Assembly: GCF_963676685.1 (NCBI RefSeq) | Contig: NC_092349.1 | Coordinates: 80,724,001 to 80,788,000, forward strand | DNA: 64,000 nucleotides | Direction of reading: 5' to 3' | Source: Mytilus edulis | Taxonomy: Eukaryota | In this document: positions 50,095 to 62,944 of the stretch, in pieces | How positions within the stretch are numbered: position 1 is the stretch's first letter | Layout of the letters: each line of letters opens with the position of its first letter | Notes under the pieces: model-generated | Seen by the model: the letters and a program-made list of their open reading frames with translations, nothing else | What the model was told of the DNA's origin: nothing | The model's database searches: none | Position numbers and translations under genes: made by a program

Positions 50095-51267
50095 TCATTT
50101 TCCACTTTTTGATGGTTTTATTTTGTAGTATTTCGCCTGAATGTAGCTAACAGGTTTCCTCAAAATCTTTTGAATGTTTTCTTTAACTTGATTAAGCACG
50201 TCAATTTTCTTTGTTGAGAATAAATTCACTGGAGGATGAAAATATTGAGGTAAATTGTTTTTACGTATGCATTCACATAGGTTTTCAGACATTGAAATTT
50301 TCCTTGTAGCCACATGATCTTCTGACCATACAGAATCATGAAGATATTCCTCACACTACCAGAAAAGGATATTTAATAAATGGTAAGATGTCAATTCTTG
50401 TTTCATGCTTTTTGGACACCACTCTTCCTTCAGCTTTTTCACAATTTTTTCAGACATCTTCCTACAAGTTGGATTATCGTCATTATTATCAATACCTTCT
50501 AGTAATTTCTTTTCACAACTTGCAAATGAATATGTCCAATAAAATTTATGCTTTGCAATATTATTAAATCCCATTTCTTTAATTTCATCAACTTTTTTCT
50601 TTAGTGGCCATTGACTTTCAGGTCTTGGCCATCCGAGAAATTCAACGAAAGTACTACGTGACTCTATTAAAGGAGTTAAATCAACACTGACGTCACCTTT
50701 TGCAGGTTTGGTCAGAATTATTGTGAGCGTTGTTGCTGGTGAATCCGTCAATCTGTTGGCATCAACATTTTCTATATCAAGTTTATTTACGGCTTCAGTT
50801 ACAAGCGCTTTGAATCTTTTTTTAACCATTATTGGTATAATGTCGTCATCAAAAGTAAGACACGCTTTGTCGTCATTGATACCATCTCTGTTCCATTTTT
50901 GAATGATATTATCCGAAAGAGATATTAATCCTTGCCCGATTGGTGGGTTTGCTTCTGCTACCGATTTTCTGACTAGCTGATCTTGTTCATTGATTTCATA
51001 AATATAGCTGGAATCATCATTGCACCAGTCAAGAGGCGGTACATCCAATACTACGCTATAATCAAATTCATCTGCTTTCGATACTTTAAGATGTGTGTAA
51101 TAAGATCCTACACGTAGCGGTTTCCTTTTAAATCGTCTGTCCTTTTTATGTACATGATCTAGAATTTTTCTTACGATACGCATCACCTCCTTTATGTTTC
51201 GTGCAGTCTCGACTTTATTCATTTGGACATGGTCACCATAAAACTTATTCAGAAGTGTGTAATCCAT
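50095..51267 (-). pseudogene. Full-length cGLR (390 codons) with one premature TAG
   Basis: ORF 50356-51267 ends FW-TAG where paralogs have FWE. The same frame continues CEEYLHDSVWSEDHVATRK...LPQYFHPPVNLF to the stop at 50095. Confidence 0.88.
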
Positions 51268-53896
51268 TTTGAATTAAAATTGCGCAATGATTGACTGTCG
51301 GTTTTGTAGTTCATTTAAGCCATTTAGTGGAAGTTTTTGGTCTATATTTAGATGTTTAAATACAGGCACTTTTTTACCTCTTGCCTATTTTCGGAAAATC
51401 AACTGAATGTTTTTTGCAAGTTGGATTAATGTTGACTTCTTTGAGCTTATTGTTCGTTTTAATAAAGGGGGGAGATGACGGGGTTTCCTTTGTTGTTATT
51501 ATCATATAACACATGATCGGTTTCGTTTATTGAAATGCATATTTTTCTTTTAAAGATGAAAAACGAACACAGAAAAGAACCTTCATAGTTGCTAGGCATA
51601 TTATGTGATACTCCAGATACTAATTTTGTCTACATTAGACTTATTAGTGGCCCTCAAATCATACAGTTACAAAGCCAAATCAAAATGTGAACCTAAAGAG
51701 CTTTAAAAATCAGAAGGGAAATGAAAGGGAACCAAATACGTGCAAGGCCTGTTGCTAGAAAAACCTTAGCACATCGATTAATTAAACATTTTATAAACTG
51801 TAAATTAAAAAATAAATACATGTATACAAATGACAATTCAAATCCACATAAAAGTGCTTACTATGGGACTGTTGATATTTTACTGGACGAAACTTCTATC
51901 AACAGCAATCTGATCAAAATACTTGTCTACAACAGTTTATTGGAAGATACCAAGACCTTGTTGATAAATATTCAGTGTCATTTTCAGACATGATACACTA
52001 TGGTCTTGAAGTATAGATTCCAGGTACTGATGTCGTTTAGCATCAAAATAACGTGTTATAGTTTTCGTTTATTTGTCTTTGTAAATTATTACTTTTACTA
52101 TTTAAACTATTTTTGGAAGTGACGTGGCTCGATACTTGTAGAACCCATCATTATGTTATTGTGCTGTGGTAAATTTTAGTATTCTTGTCTTTAGATTTTG
52201 CTAATAGTAAGCCTTTTTTGGTTTTCCTTGTTGACAAATTTGTTTGTTTTTAAAGTAGAGTGTGATTTCAACACAATCTTGACTGCTGTACCCCTATTTT
52301 GACATGTTTACTTGTAACGTCTGTTTGCTTTATTCACACATCGTTGTCAATATAACGGAATAGTATGCGAATATCATACAAGTGAGAGGTTCAGTTAGCT
52401 ATAAAACCAGGTGTTAATTTCAGGTTTCTCCTACAGTTTAGTTTATATTTTTTAGTACATATTTCGAAATATAGGGTGAATAATTGAGCTTATCATGCGC
52501 AAACATTAGAGTTCGAGTTACAGCGGGAGTTTTAGTTTTGATCCGAGCTATAATTTCAAAGTTCAATCCTGGTATCTTTCATGAATTTTTTCACAACCAC
52601 TGGGTAGATTCCACTGCTGGTGGAGTTTTATTCCCAGAGTATATCACCAGCTTAGTAGCCATCTTAGTAGTCGAGCGTCACTAATGAGTCTAGCGCAAAT
52701 ATAAATTTTTATTCCTGGTATCTATCATGAGTATATTTAAAACAGATGTTCCAGTGTAAATAATTGCTAACTAAGCAATCATCTTTTTAGTCTAATTAAA
52801 TATTGTTTATTTGAAACCTTAAATTGTTATACAAAACCGATTACTGCGTGTAAAATTTGTATTCAAACATGAGAGGCGGAATATACCAACAGCATAGTCT
52901 CATAAGTCTGAAACAAACTTGTAACCCCGCCGCAATTTTGCGCCTGTCCCAAGTCAGGAACCTCTGGCCTTTGTTAGTCTTGTATGATTTTTAATTTTAG
53001 TTTCTTGTGTATAATTCGAACTTTAGTATGACGTCCATTATTACTGTACTAGTATACATATTTTAGGGGCCAACTGAAGGACACCTACAGGTGCGGGAAT
53101 TCTCGCTACATTGAAGACCAATTGGTGGTCTTCGGCTGTTGTCTGCTATATGGTCGGGTTGTTGTCGCTTTGACACATTCCCCATTTCCTTTCTCAATTT
53201 TATTGTCCTGCCATGGCAAAAAAAAAAACAACGACCGAAAAGCAAACAACAGTCGATCAAACAGAATATAGAACATTAAAGACTGAGAAACATGAACCCT
53301 ATCAAAAACTGGGGTGATCACAGGTGATCCGGAAGGGAAATCAGATCTTGCTCCACATGTGAGTGACAACCGTCGTGTTGCTCATGTGAGTATAAACCTG
53401 GTGATAAACCATTATTAGAGAGAAAGAAGACGGGATTGTTGTTACAACAATTGGAACATATCCGTTGCCATATTTGACACGGATTTTCTTAAGAAAGCTA
53501 ACAATTTATGACTTTATAATGGAAGTTATTTCTTTGAAGCATAAAAAAAAACCTAGAACTTTAAGTTACGCAGTATGAATTTAGATTCACTGACTTGTTA
53601 TGAGCAACACAATTGTGTACACATGTAACATCCCGTGATATAGATATCTATATTTCAATAAAGTTCATTCCATTCTTTGCAATACATCCTTGCTCAATTG
53701 AAAACTGGACTCCTATTAATGGTCGGAAGATCCAAATAGTTGATATAGAAGACTTCATCAATAAAAATATAATAATTATCACATATTGAAAGTTAGTGCA
53801 AGTAAATTTGTTTAAATACCAGGGAAACGTCTTCAAGATATGGAGTGTCCATTTGCCACAACACTATATCTACTATTTGAAATGTAAAATTTATTG

Positions 53897-55030
53897 TCAG
53901 TAATGCCTCTGCAAGTAGCTGACAGGATCCTGCAAAAACTTTTGAATGTTTCTTGCAACTTGATGAAGTACAGCAATGTCCTTTGTTGAAAATAAATTCA
54001 CTCGAGGATGAAAATATTGGGGTACATTTTCCTCCCGTATACATTTAAGCAAACGGTCACACATTGACCTTAGCCTAGTAGCCAGTTTATCATCTGACCA
54101 TTCATAATCATGTGGGTGGTCCTCACATTCCCAAAACAGGATATTCTTCAAATGGTAAGATGTCAAGTCTTGCTTCATTCCTACTGGACACCATGATTCT
54201 TTCAGCTTTTTCATGATCCTTTGCGATTTCTTCCGGCATGTTCCATTAGCATCAATACCGTCCAACAATTCCTTTTCACAGCTTGCATAAGAATATGTCC
54301 AATAAAATGGATCTTTTGCGATATCATTAAATCCCATGGACTTTAATTTCTCAACTTTTTCATCAGAGGGCCACTGTGCTTCTGGTCTTGGCCACCTGAA
54401 GTCCTCTTTAAAAGGCGTGCATGATTCTATCAGAGGCGTTAAATCGACGCTTACAGAATCGCCTGCAATTTTTGGATGAGTAATTCTGAGCGTTGTCGCT
54501 GGTGAATCTGATAATCTTTTAGCATCAACATATTTGCGAATGTGTTGTCGATTAACTGCTTCACCCACAAGTGATTTAAATCTGCGTTTAACCTTTATAG
54601 GTACTATATCGTCATCAATTGTAAGACAGGCTGGGCCGTCATTGATCCCCTCTCTCTTCCATTTAGGTATGGTACTTGAAAGATATATAAAACCTTTCCC
54701 AGTTGGTGGGTCTGGTAATGTTAAACTTTTTCTGACTACTTCATTGTTCTCGTCGAATCCATAATTATGAGATGAGCTTTTACTACTCCAAACAAGGTGT
54801 GGCGTATCCAAAACAACGCTAAAATCAAACTCATCCGCTCTCGACACTTTCAGATGTGTATAATAGCTTCCGACATTCAATGGTTGACATTTGAATCGTC
54901 GGTCCTTGCTGTGTACATACTGCAGAATATCCTCGACTATAGGCATCACTATCTTTATGTTTTGTCTTGTTTCATCTCTAATCATTTTCACGTGATCATC
55001 ATAAAACCTATTCAGAAGTGTGTTGTCCAT
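53897..55030 (-). CDS. cGAS-like receptor (cGLR; Mab-21 domain), intact, 377 aa
   Basis: Uninterrupted ORF with VGSYYTHLKVSRADEFD, SVDL, WTYSY..CEK, TSYHLKN and VPQYFHPRVNLF. Confidence 0.95.
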   Translation of the reverse strand: MDNTLLNRFYDDHVKMIRDETRQNIKIVMPIVEDILQYVHSKDRRFKCQPLNVGSYYTHLKVSRADEFDFSVVLDTPHLVWSSKSSSHNYGFDENNEVVRKSLTLPDPPTGKGFIYLSSTIPKWKREGINDGPACLTIDDDIVPIKVKRRFKSLVGEAVNRQHIRKYVDAKRLSDSPATTLRITHPKIAGDSVSVDLTPLIESCTPFKEDFRWPRPEAQWPSDEKVEKLKSMGFNDIAKDPFYWTYSYASCEKELLDGIDANGTCRKKSQRIMKKLKESWCPVGMKQDLTSYHLKNILFWECEDHPHDYEWSDDKLATRLRSMCDRLLKCIREENVPQYFHPRVNLFSTKDIAVLHQVARNIQKFLQDPVSYLQRHY

Positions 55031-55560
55031 CTTTCCACTACCACTAGTCAGGAAAGTTTGACAGTTAGTTGCGCTTCGATTGAATAGAAATACGTGGAAG
55101 TTTTCAGTCTATATTTAGATATGAAAAACTACAGTTATTTATATTATATTTAGATTTAAAAAATAACAGGTACTATAATTACCTTATGCATATTTTCTGA
55201 AAATCAACTAAATGTGTTTGCATTTCTTTCATCTATATAGTCATATGACCTAGTACGAAATTTTAGTCTAGTATTAATTGTTTGGCTTTCTTGAGAAAAA
55301 TAAATAAAACAGAATGGCTTAACGAATTAGTTTATAAAAACAAATAAAGACCTGGATCTTTGTAGTAAATTGATGTTGGAAGAGTTTGAGAATGAGATCG
55401 TTCCGTTCGAGTAAGAACAGAGTTCTAGTAAAAGTTCGAATTGAAATTTAAGTTATGTTTTGATTTTAATTTCGAGTATACCATCGGTTCTGCGTAAGAG
55501 TTCGAGTTAACCATTAGCCAAGGCTTAAGTAATACTTACGGGAGCATATATGTGCTGTAT

Positions 55561-55823
55561 TTGACTATGCAATTTTGTGTGAAATTACAACCCGATTACG
55601 AGTTTAGAAATCGAATAGTTTAAACCAACCCCAATAACTCAAGTTCCGTAACTCGTCTTAATGCAAATATTGGCGCCTTTTCATATCAAATACGATGCAA
55701 TGCAGAAGCCAATATTTGTATTAATACGAGTTAATTGACTTGTATAGGTGTGTGTGGATTAACAAACTTAAACTCCACAACACGTAATCGGGTTGTCAGA
55801 ACATACAAACTTGTAAAGTAAAA
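55561..55823. repeat. Imperfect inverted repeat (MITE-like)
   Basis: ACAACCCGATTACG...AACTCGTCTTAATGCAAATATTGGC versus GCCAATATTTGTATTAATACGAGTT...CGTAATCGGGTTGT. Confidence 0.7.
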
Positions 55824-57252
55824 CTCGCCTCACGCGATCGAATCGAAATGAGTAACTCGATTTTAATTGCAGTCTATTTTCATGCTTTAGATTAGCCTAT
55901 TGATATTGCACCAACCCCATACGAACCGTAGTAGTAGAACTACATTAATACAATCATAACTTGTAAATGCATTTTTTTAAAAGAGAAAGATTAGAGGCAT
56001 ACAGTTGTTAGTAATAACATAAACAGTACCAATTGCACTGCATCAGAAAAGCATTCCGACAATTAATGTCTCTTCAGAGATGCATGAGGCCAAAATATTT
56101 GAATGTTGAAGAGCTGATCAAACCAAGAAGGACCTTAAGTATAATCATTTTTAATTATGAAGCTGGGCATGTCACACCATTTTTATCAATAATCCAGCAG
56201 CGTAGATCATACTCTTACATTTGTAGTGAAAACATTTATTGACAGTCATGGTCAAGTTTTGATTATATTTCCGTGGCAATAAATCATCAACATTTGATAC
56301 AGTGAGTGATAAATAACACATCAGTGGTTAGAGGACACATATAGTAATTTTGAAGGACGCGGTTCAACAATTTAAAGCGTATTGTGATGTTTTTTCTTCT
56401 TTTCGTAGAATCCAATGGCATACCAGTACAATATATATATTATATATATAAATTCAACATTTGATATTTTACTGTTATGAAAAGAAATTTTAAAGACGAA
56501 TTCCGATTAATCATTATCATTTTAATTTGAATATATTTCCGAATAGTGAAAATTTTATATGATTGCATGCAACAGAAACATAGACACAATGACGCATATA
56601 TATGCAAGCTGTAGTCAACCATACGTCACAATGCGGTCTTCAACAATGACTTAACCTCATACAGTTAGCTTAATAATTCAACGATGTGACAAATTGTAAA
56701 ATATTTGTTTGGAAAATATTGACTCTGACTTTTACCTTATGTTTGCAATGGGATTTCCAGTGACACTAGAACATTAGAAAAATCACTCTTCTTATGAAAG
56801 AGATAGAAAAGGTAGAAAAAAAGGAGAGACAATTTACGCATAAAAACCGATATGCATAACCGAATTGCCAAACATGATGTTAATTGAACAATCTATTGTT
56901 CAACATAGGGGTGTGTAAAAAACTGCCAGATTTGACTGCATATTTTTCTTTTTTTTTGAAAAAAATATATATCAAACCTTAATAATGCAGCTTTCTGAGT
57001 ATCCAATTTTTAACGTGTTCCGAAATGTAGTTTCGTCACAAGAATTTTTCAAAGTTGGGTCATTTTGTCTATATGAATGTCGGTAAATTCGTATGATCGA
57101 GCACACCGACAAGTGTATCGTTGGGACAACTCGATATAATGTAATCAATATACGTGACAAATAACCTAATGTGAAGTTTATTAAAATCATCATAACATAA
57201 TTGAACAACACATTATATTTGAAAAACATGAGTCCTATAATATAAAACTGTA

Positions 57253-57384
57253 AAGGTTCATATCATTTACATTCAACGTTTTTATTGGATTTTTTTTTAC
57301 TACAATGTAACCTCGAGGTTAAACGTTGGTAGTAAAAAAAATCCCAGAAAAATGTTGATTGATATTGTAAATGATATGAACCTT
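57253..57384. repeat. Short palindrome/hairpin (MITE-like)
   Basis: AAGGTTCATATCATTTACA...AACCTCGAGGTT...TGTAAATGATATGAACCTT. Confidence 0.75.
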
Positions 57385-60300
57385 CGAATTCTTATAATAT
57401 CGGAATAGAAAATATGTGATCCGAATTAACTATGCACGTGTATTGAAGAAGACTTTGCACTTTTATGAAGTACAGGGGGTAAGGTGTTTTTCTTAAACAA
57501 TATTATGATCCCAAAACATAAAAAACACTACATATAGGAAAGTATATGTTAAATCTCAATGTATTATTATTATGAAAAAACCTTCCCCCTCCCCGATTAA
57601 GCATGTAATAGTTGAAACCTAAGGTGATTCGCACTAACTGCCTAAAAGGGGGCCCGCTTCAGTCTTGCGTCAGTGATTTAGTATATACTAGTAATAAACA
57701 AAATATTGTCTCATACTGAAAGGGGCGGCCGAGCAACCTGCACAGCCAAGCCTTTTATAGCTGACTATGCGGTATGGGCTTTGCTCATTGATAAAGGTCG
57801 TACGGTGACCTATAGTTGTTAATGTCTGTGTCATTTTGGTCTTTTGTGGATAGTTGTCTCATTGGCAATCATACCACATCTTCTTTTTTATATTGTCTTG
57901 CAAAACAGCCAAGATTTACAAAACATTTCCAACAAAAACCTTCAGTTGGGCAATCTGACTGGAATCTAATTATCGCTACTGATAAATAATGCAACACTAA
58001 TGATACATTTAAGTTTTGGAAGGATTTTATTCACAAAGAATGTTTCTCATTGATGTACATTTCTATGCTCTTGTCTTTTCGGAGTTTATATTGGAAATTA
58101 AATTGTTCGATGAAAGAGTCTAGCTCCACATTCCTATGCATATGATTGTCATATGTACGTGAGAATCATTCCATAAAACATCCGTTTGATATCCTTTCAA
58201 TGCCAGACACTGTATATACATAGTGTGGGAAATCTGGCTAAACTTGTGCTTGATCAGACACTTGAATCTTACATCGTTATTGATGTTAAGCAATTAGTTT
58301 AACGGGCCATCCGGAACTGTTAGATTTTACGACAGTCTTCCTTCCATACAGAACATCACTGCAAAATAATTTGAACATTCAATTAGGTGATTATAATATA
58401 ATTATTATTTGGCAATCCAAAGAGAACCTGAAAATATTAGACCAACGTACGTTTGAACAGAGATGCTAAAAAAAATCCCCCCACAAAACCCCAGCCATTT
58501 TACTTTACAATCAAATTGAAAAAGTAGTTAGTTGCATGTCCCATCATCCTTTGGTTGTAGACCCCAGATAAATATAATCTAAATTTCGTAGCATTTTCAC
58601 CACCCCCCCCCCTTTTTTAAACTGAATTTGTTCAAGGTATAGTGGTTTTACCCCTTTTCACATTTCAGTATGTCATGTTGTATATATTTTATAAATAAGA
58701 TGAATTTCTAGTAAGTTTCTACGATATTTTTTATCGTTTGACAAAATACTATGCATCTGAATTAAATTGTTTACTATTTGAAAAAGCGCGCCTTCTTATA
58801 CTTTAATTTACCTCCCATTATTTCACATAGCAACACAAATTAAAAACTGCCAGACTTTGCTGCATATCAAATTTTTCCCCCGATAAAAATATATATCATG
58901 CAACATAATCAACTTTACTAATTGGGAGAAAATCAAGGTGTTCCGACCATTGGATAATATTTGAAAAAAATAATGAAAGGATGTCATGATTACAAGATTG
59001 ATCCCTGACGACACTGAAAATCGATAATTCACGCATTTACCTATCATATGATGATACGATGAGGTGATAAACTTAACAAGAAATAATTTACCCGATTCGT
59101 TATCATATTCACATTATGTTGACACGTCTTAGTTCGTTTATGCTAGCTCATTTTAAACACGCTAAACAATTACAGCATCATCCGTTTTTTTTCCCGATTA
59201 CCTCTAGTCAGAAGAGCGCACTGTTTACAGGGGAGGTAATATTTTGTCACCAGTTCGCCCACTGTTTGTATTGGTATTATTTGCAAATCGAAAGAAAAGA
59301 TATTTAGAATTTGCTCAAATTTGGGTAAATGACATTTTCTGAGCTATTAAAGTCTTATATGAAAAGAATAATGGGTGTAATGGCGCAAAATACTTAACCT
59401 GTTAATCCTCAATCTATCTTTGATGAGTTGGTATGCACATTGAAAAGGAGTAAGACGATAGAATGCCATGAGAATGGTCTATAAACATAACCATTTGGCA
59501 CGAAATATATATTTAAGTAATAAACGAATTCATGAATACAATACTTCTTCTTGTATCAATAGGGATTATCGATTTCAAAGAGGCAAAGTTTCTAGAAGTG
59601 CATTTATAAACAGTTTTATTTTTCTGGGTTTGCAAACACACGAAACATCTGAAACTCACTAACAACTATTCCGTGTTCATATATCATGGCTTCAAAGTCA
59701 CCTTGAAACAACTTATTCTTTAGATAAATCCGATACAGATTTTTTAAATAATCAATCTGCAAATTAACATATTTGATTTCTTTACCATTTTATTAGAGTG
59801 TATATGTTTACGAGACAGCAAGAGATGTGCAACAACAAAACAACAAAACAGTATGTGTCAGGAGATCAGCATTCGCTCTTCGATGAGAAATAGGTCTACG
59901 AACTATTAAATTTAATACCCGTCGTGTTTAAACGGTTTGAATTAATTTAAGACATTCTTTTCAAGATCTTACTGCAACAAAAAAAATACACGAACAACTA
60001 AAAGCCTCATTCTTTCAAAACGTGGAAACTAAAACAAATCAAGGTATTGCAATGAAAAATCAATTTTAAAATACTTAACTCCCTATAGCTAGCACCGCAT
60101 AAAAGGCAACACAAGGGGTAATAAGTAAAACTATTATAAATAGTACCTTTGGCAGAATGTTAGCAGTTGATAAAAGCAGAACATATGAACCTTCTCTGAT
60201 CATATCAATCATGTTTCCTACACTCTATAGCTAGTATCAGTGCCAAATGAACGTTGGAGTATATCTTGCATACAGCATCAATAATGCAGTAAACACTGTA

Positions 60301-61585
60301 CAATGCCTTCAAAATACATAAATTCAAGACTTCTATGCAAAACTATTATAAGATACATCGCATTGTTGTTTCATGCCATAAATTAGCAAATTGATATTAC
60401 CGAAACCCCATACCAGCCGTAATAATGTAACTACACCAATAAAATCATAATTTGTAAACTCATTTTTAAAAGAAATATTAGAAATATTTGGTTAAGGCCA
60501 AAATACTAAGTTCACTGCAACAGATGTGCTTTTCTACAACTAATGTCAATTCAGTGATGCCCGATGCAAAAACATTTATCCAACACTTTTATAAAAACTT
60601 TGAACAGCTGATCAAACCAACAAGGATCCTTAAGTATTAACTTTACAATATTTTTCTGTCACTTATAAAGCTGGGTATGAAACACCCTTTTAATCAATCA
60701 CCCTACAGTGTAAAACATACACTGAAGTTAGTGATCATTAGTTATTACATTTATTAACAGTCTTGGTCAAGTTTTGATGTGTATTTCTGAGGCCAAAAAA
60801 AATCAGTAAGAGATATAAAATAAATGACTACCTAGAGGGCCATAGCGGATATTATTTATATACACGGTCATACTATATGTAACAAGCGTATTCATGTTTA
60901 TGTTTCACAACCACCAATGACACATATATATACATATATTTACATTTGATATATAACCGTTCAATTGAATAAGATTTATATTTGGATTCCTTTAAATTAC
61001 TTTTATTTGAATGTGTATTCAGAATTTTGATGAAGATGTGAAATGATTGCATGCAACTGATACAGATATTCACCGTAGATCAAATGGCGCAGATGTAAGC
61101 AACTATAGGTAGCCATATGGCCTTCAAAATGAACAAATCCCATACAGTAAGCTGAATATATCCTCGATATGACAAAATGTAAAATCTTTCAAATGAAAAA
61201 ACCAAGGATTCGGTTTATGCACAAAGCACAAACGACAACGACAACTGAATTACAGGTTCTTTGACAAGTAAGGAAAGTGGAGCCTTTAAACATTTTTGCG
61301 AGTAAATCAGCCGTTCCCTGACCTTGGACAGTGGTGCAAAGAGGTCTCTATATATCCCAATACTTTGCAAAAACAAAACGCTCTATGTACGTAAGATCTG
61401 AGAGAAATCAAAGTTATTGACAGCTAGTTCAAGGCCAATATCAACTAATACAAATCAAGTATTTAAAACTAAAAGTCTTTTTGTTAGTTCTTTGAGTCGT
61501 TTAATTAGTCAAACATTTTCCAGATTACTTCTCACCAAGAGAATTTCAAATTTGGTTAGAGGAATACAAGGACGATGAGGATGCA

Positions 61586-62011
61586 TTGGATGCTTATATA
61601 CCTAGGATATCTACATTTACTGGTGATGATACCAACGCAGCTAAATACGATATATGGAGGTATGAAGTATTATGCTTAGTCAAGAACCGTTATACTCACG
61701 AAACTATCAAGATGGCAATAAGAAAGTCACTAAAGGGAAATGCTGCAGTAATACCAATGAGATTAGGAGTAGATGCAACAATAGATAATACTATAGATAG
61801 GATGGATAGTATATTTGGTTCTGTTTTTCCAGTAGAAGCAGTGCTTGGTCAATTTTATACTGCAAGACAACATGAAGACGAACATGACGTATCATGGGGA
61901 TGTCGCTTAGAAGATATTTTACGAAAAGCAACAGACAGAGGGAAAGTTAAACAGGAGGATACAAACAGTATGCTAATATCTAAATTCTTTGACGGACTTG
62001 TTGTTTTCTGA
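61586..62011 (+). mobile_element. Ty3/gypsy Gag capsid (PNMA-like) fragment
   Basis: PRISTFTGD...YDIWRYEV...AIRKSLKGNAA...MDSIFG...LGQFYTARQ...SWGCRLE...KFFDGL resembles a PNMA-type retrotransposon capsid. It is truncated by a repeat, with no pol and no LTRs seen. Confidence 0.75.
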
Positions 62012-62944
62012 ATTGTTAAATGCAGAACGATTGTCTAAAATTGCTTTATACATCCACTTCATTTGAATTTTGGTGGATAGTTGCCTCGTTGGCAATCATA
62101 TACTAGTATACCAAATATCCTTATTTTTATAAGGACATTAAGTACGGATCTTAGTAACGGAAAACTAGTCAAAAGCAAATTACCATTAACTAAATAAATA
62201 AATATAAGAAAGTGTGCTATGAGTGCAAAAGAGACAACTCTCCATCTAAGTCACAATTTGATAAAAAAAAAAAAAAAAACAACATTATAGGTCATAGTAC
62301 GGCTTCAACACGGAGCCTTGGACCGCACCGAACAGTAGCTATTAAGGTTCCAATAAAATGACTAGTGTAAAACCATTCAAACAGGAAAACACACGGTCTA
62401 ATCTATACAAAAAAATATAAATAGAAAGACACACAATAAAATATCGTTTGAAATGGCTTACCTCAATCAAAAGACATATAAACACAAGTGTACATACACT
62501 GATCGATACATTTGATTTATGACACAATTTAAATACAAAATCAATAAAATAAAGGTTGGATAAATAAAGGCAACAGTAGTATACAGCTGTGAAATGTTAA
62601 AAAATTACAGAAAGTAAACCTTAACCTTGCACAAATAACCATAGTGAGTGTGTATTTATATATCCCACTTGAAAAAAGCACAAATTTAGTTATGTTTTAA
62701 TTTGTTGATAACAAAATCGATATCTGTGCCAATGTAAACTTTATTCAAAGATTTGATTACATCTTTTGTAAGATAACCTTTACTAATAAAATTGTTTAAA
62801 GGTTCGATGAGTTTTCACGGATCACACAGTGATTTCCTCGCTTTTAGTACAATATTACCGTACAATTTAGGATGTGACATACCGTTTTTAATAAGTTTTT
62901 CTACAAGTACGTCGTCGTCTCAAAAAAGAAAATTAGCAAAAGGG

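Noticed and set aside
2204-54764. Recurring antisense ORFs over cGLR genes (2204, 10335, 25029, 47490, 50708, 54534)
   Set aside because: Shadows of the conserved sense frame, with inconsistent starts and lengths.
1-55030. Bacterial CBASS (CD-NTase) operon or horizontal transfer
   Set aside because: No effector or cap genes, kb-scale repeat-rich spacers, and the motifs are metazoan cGAS/Mab-21 type.
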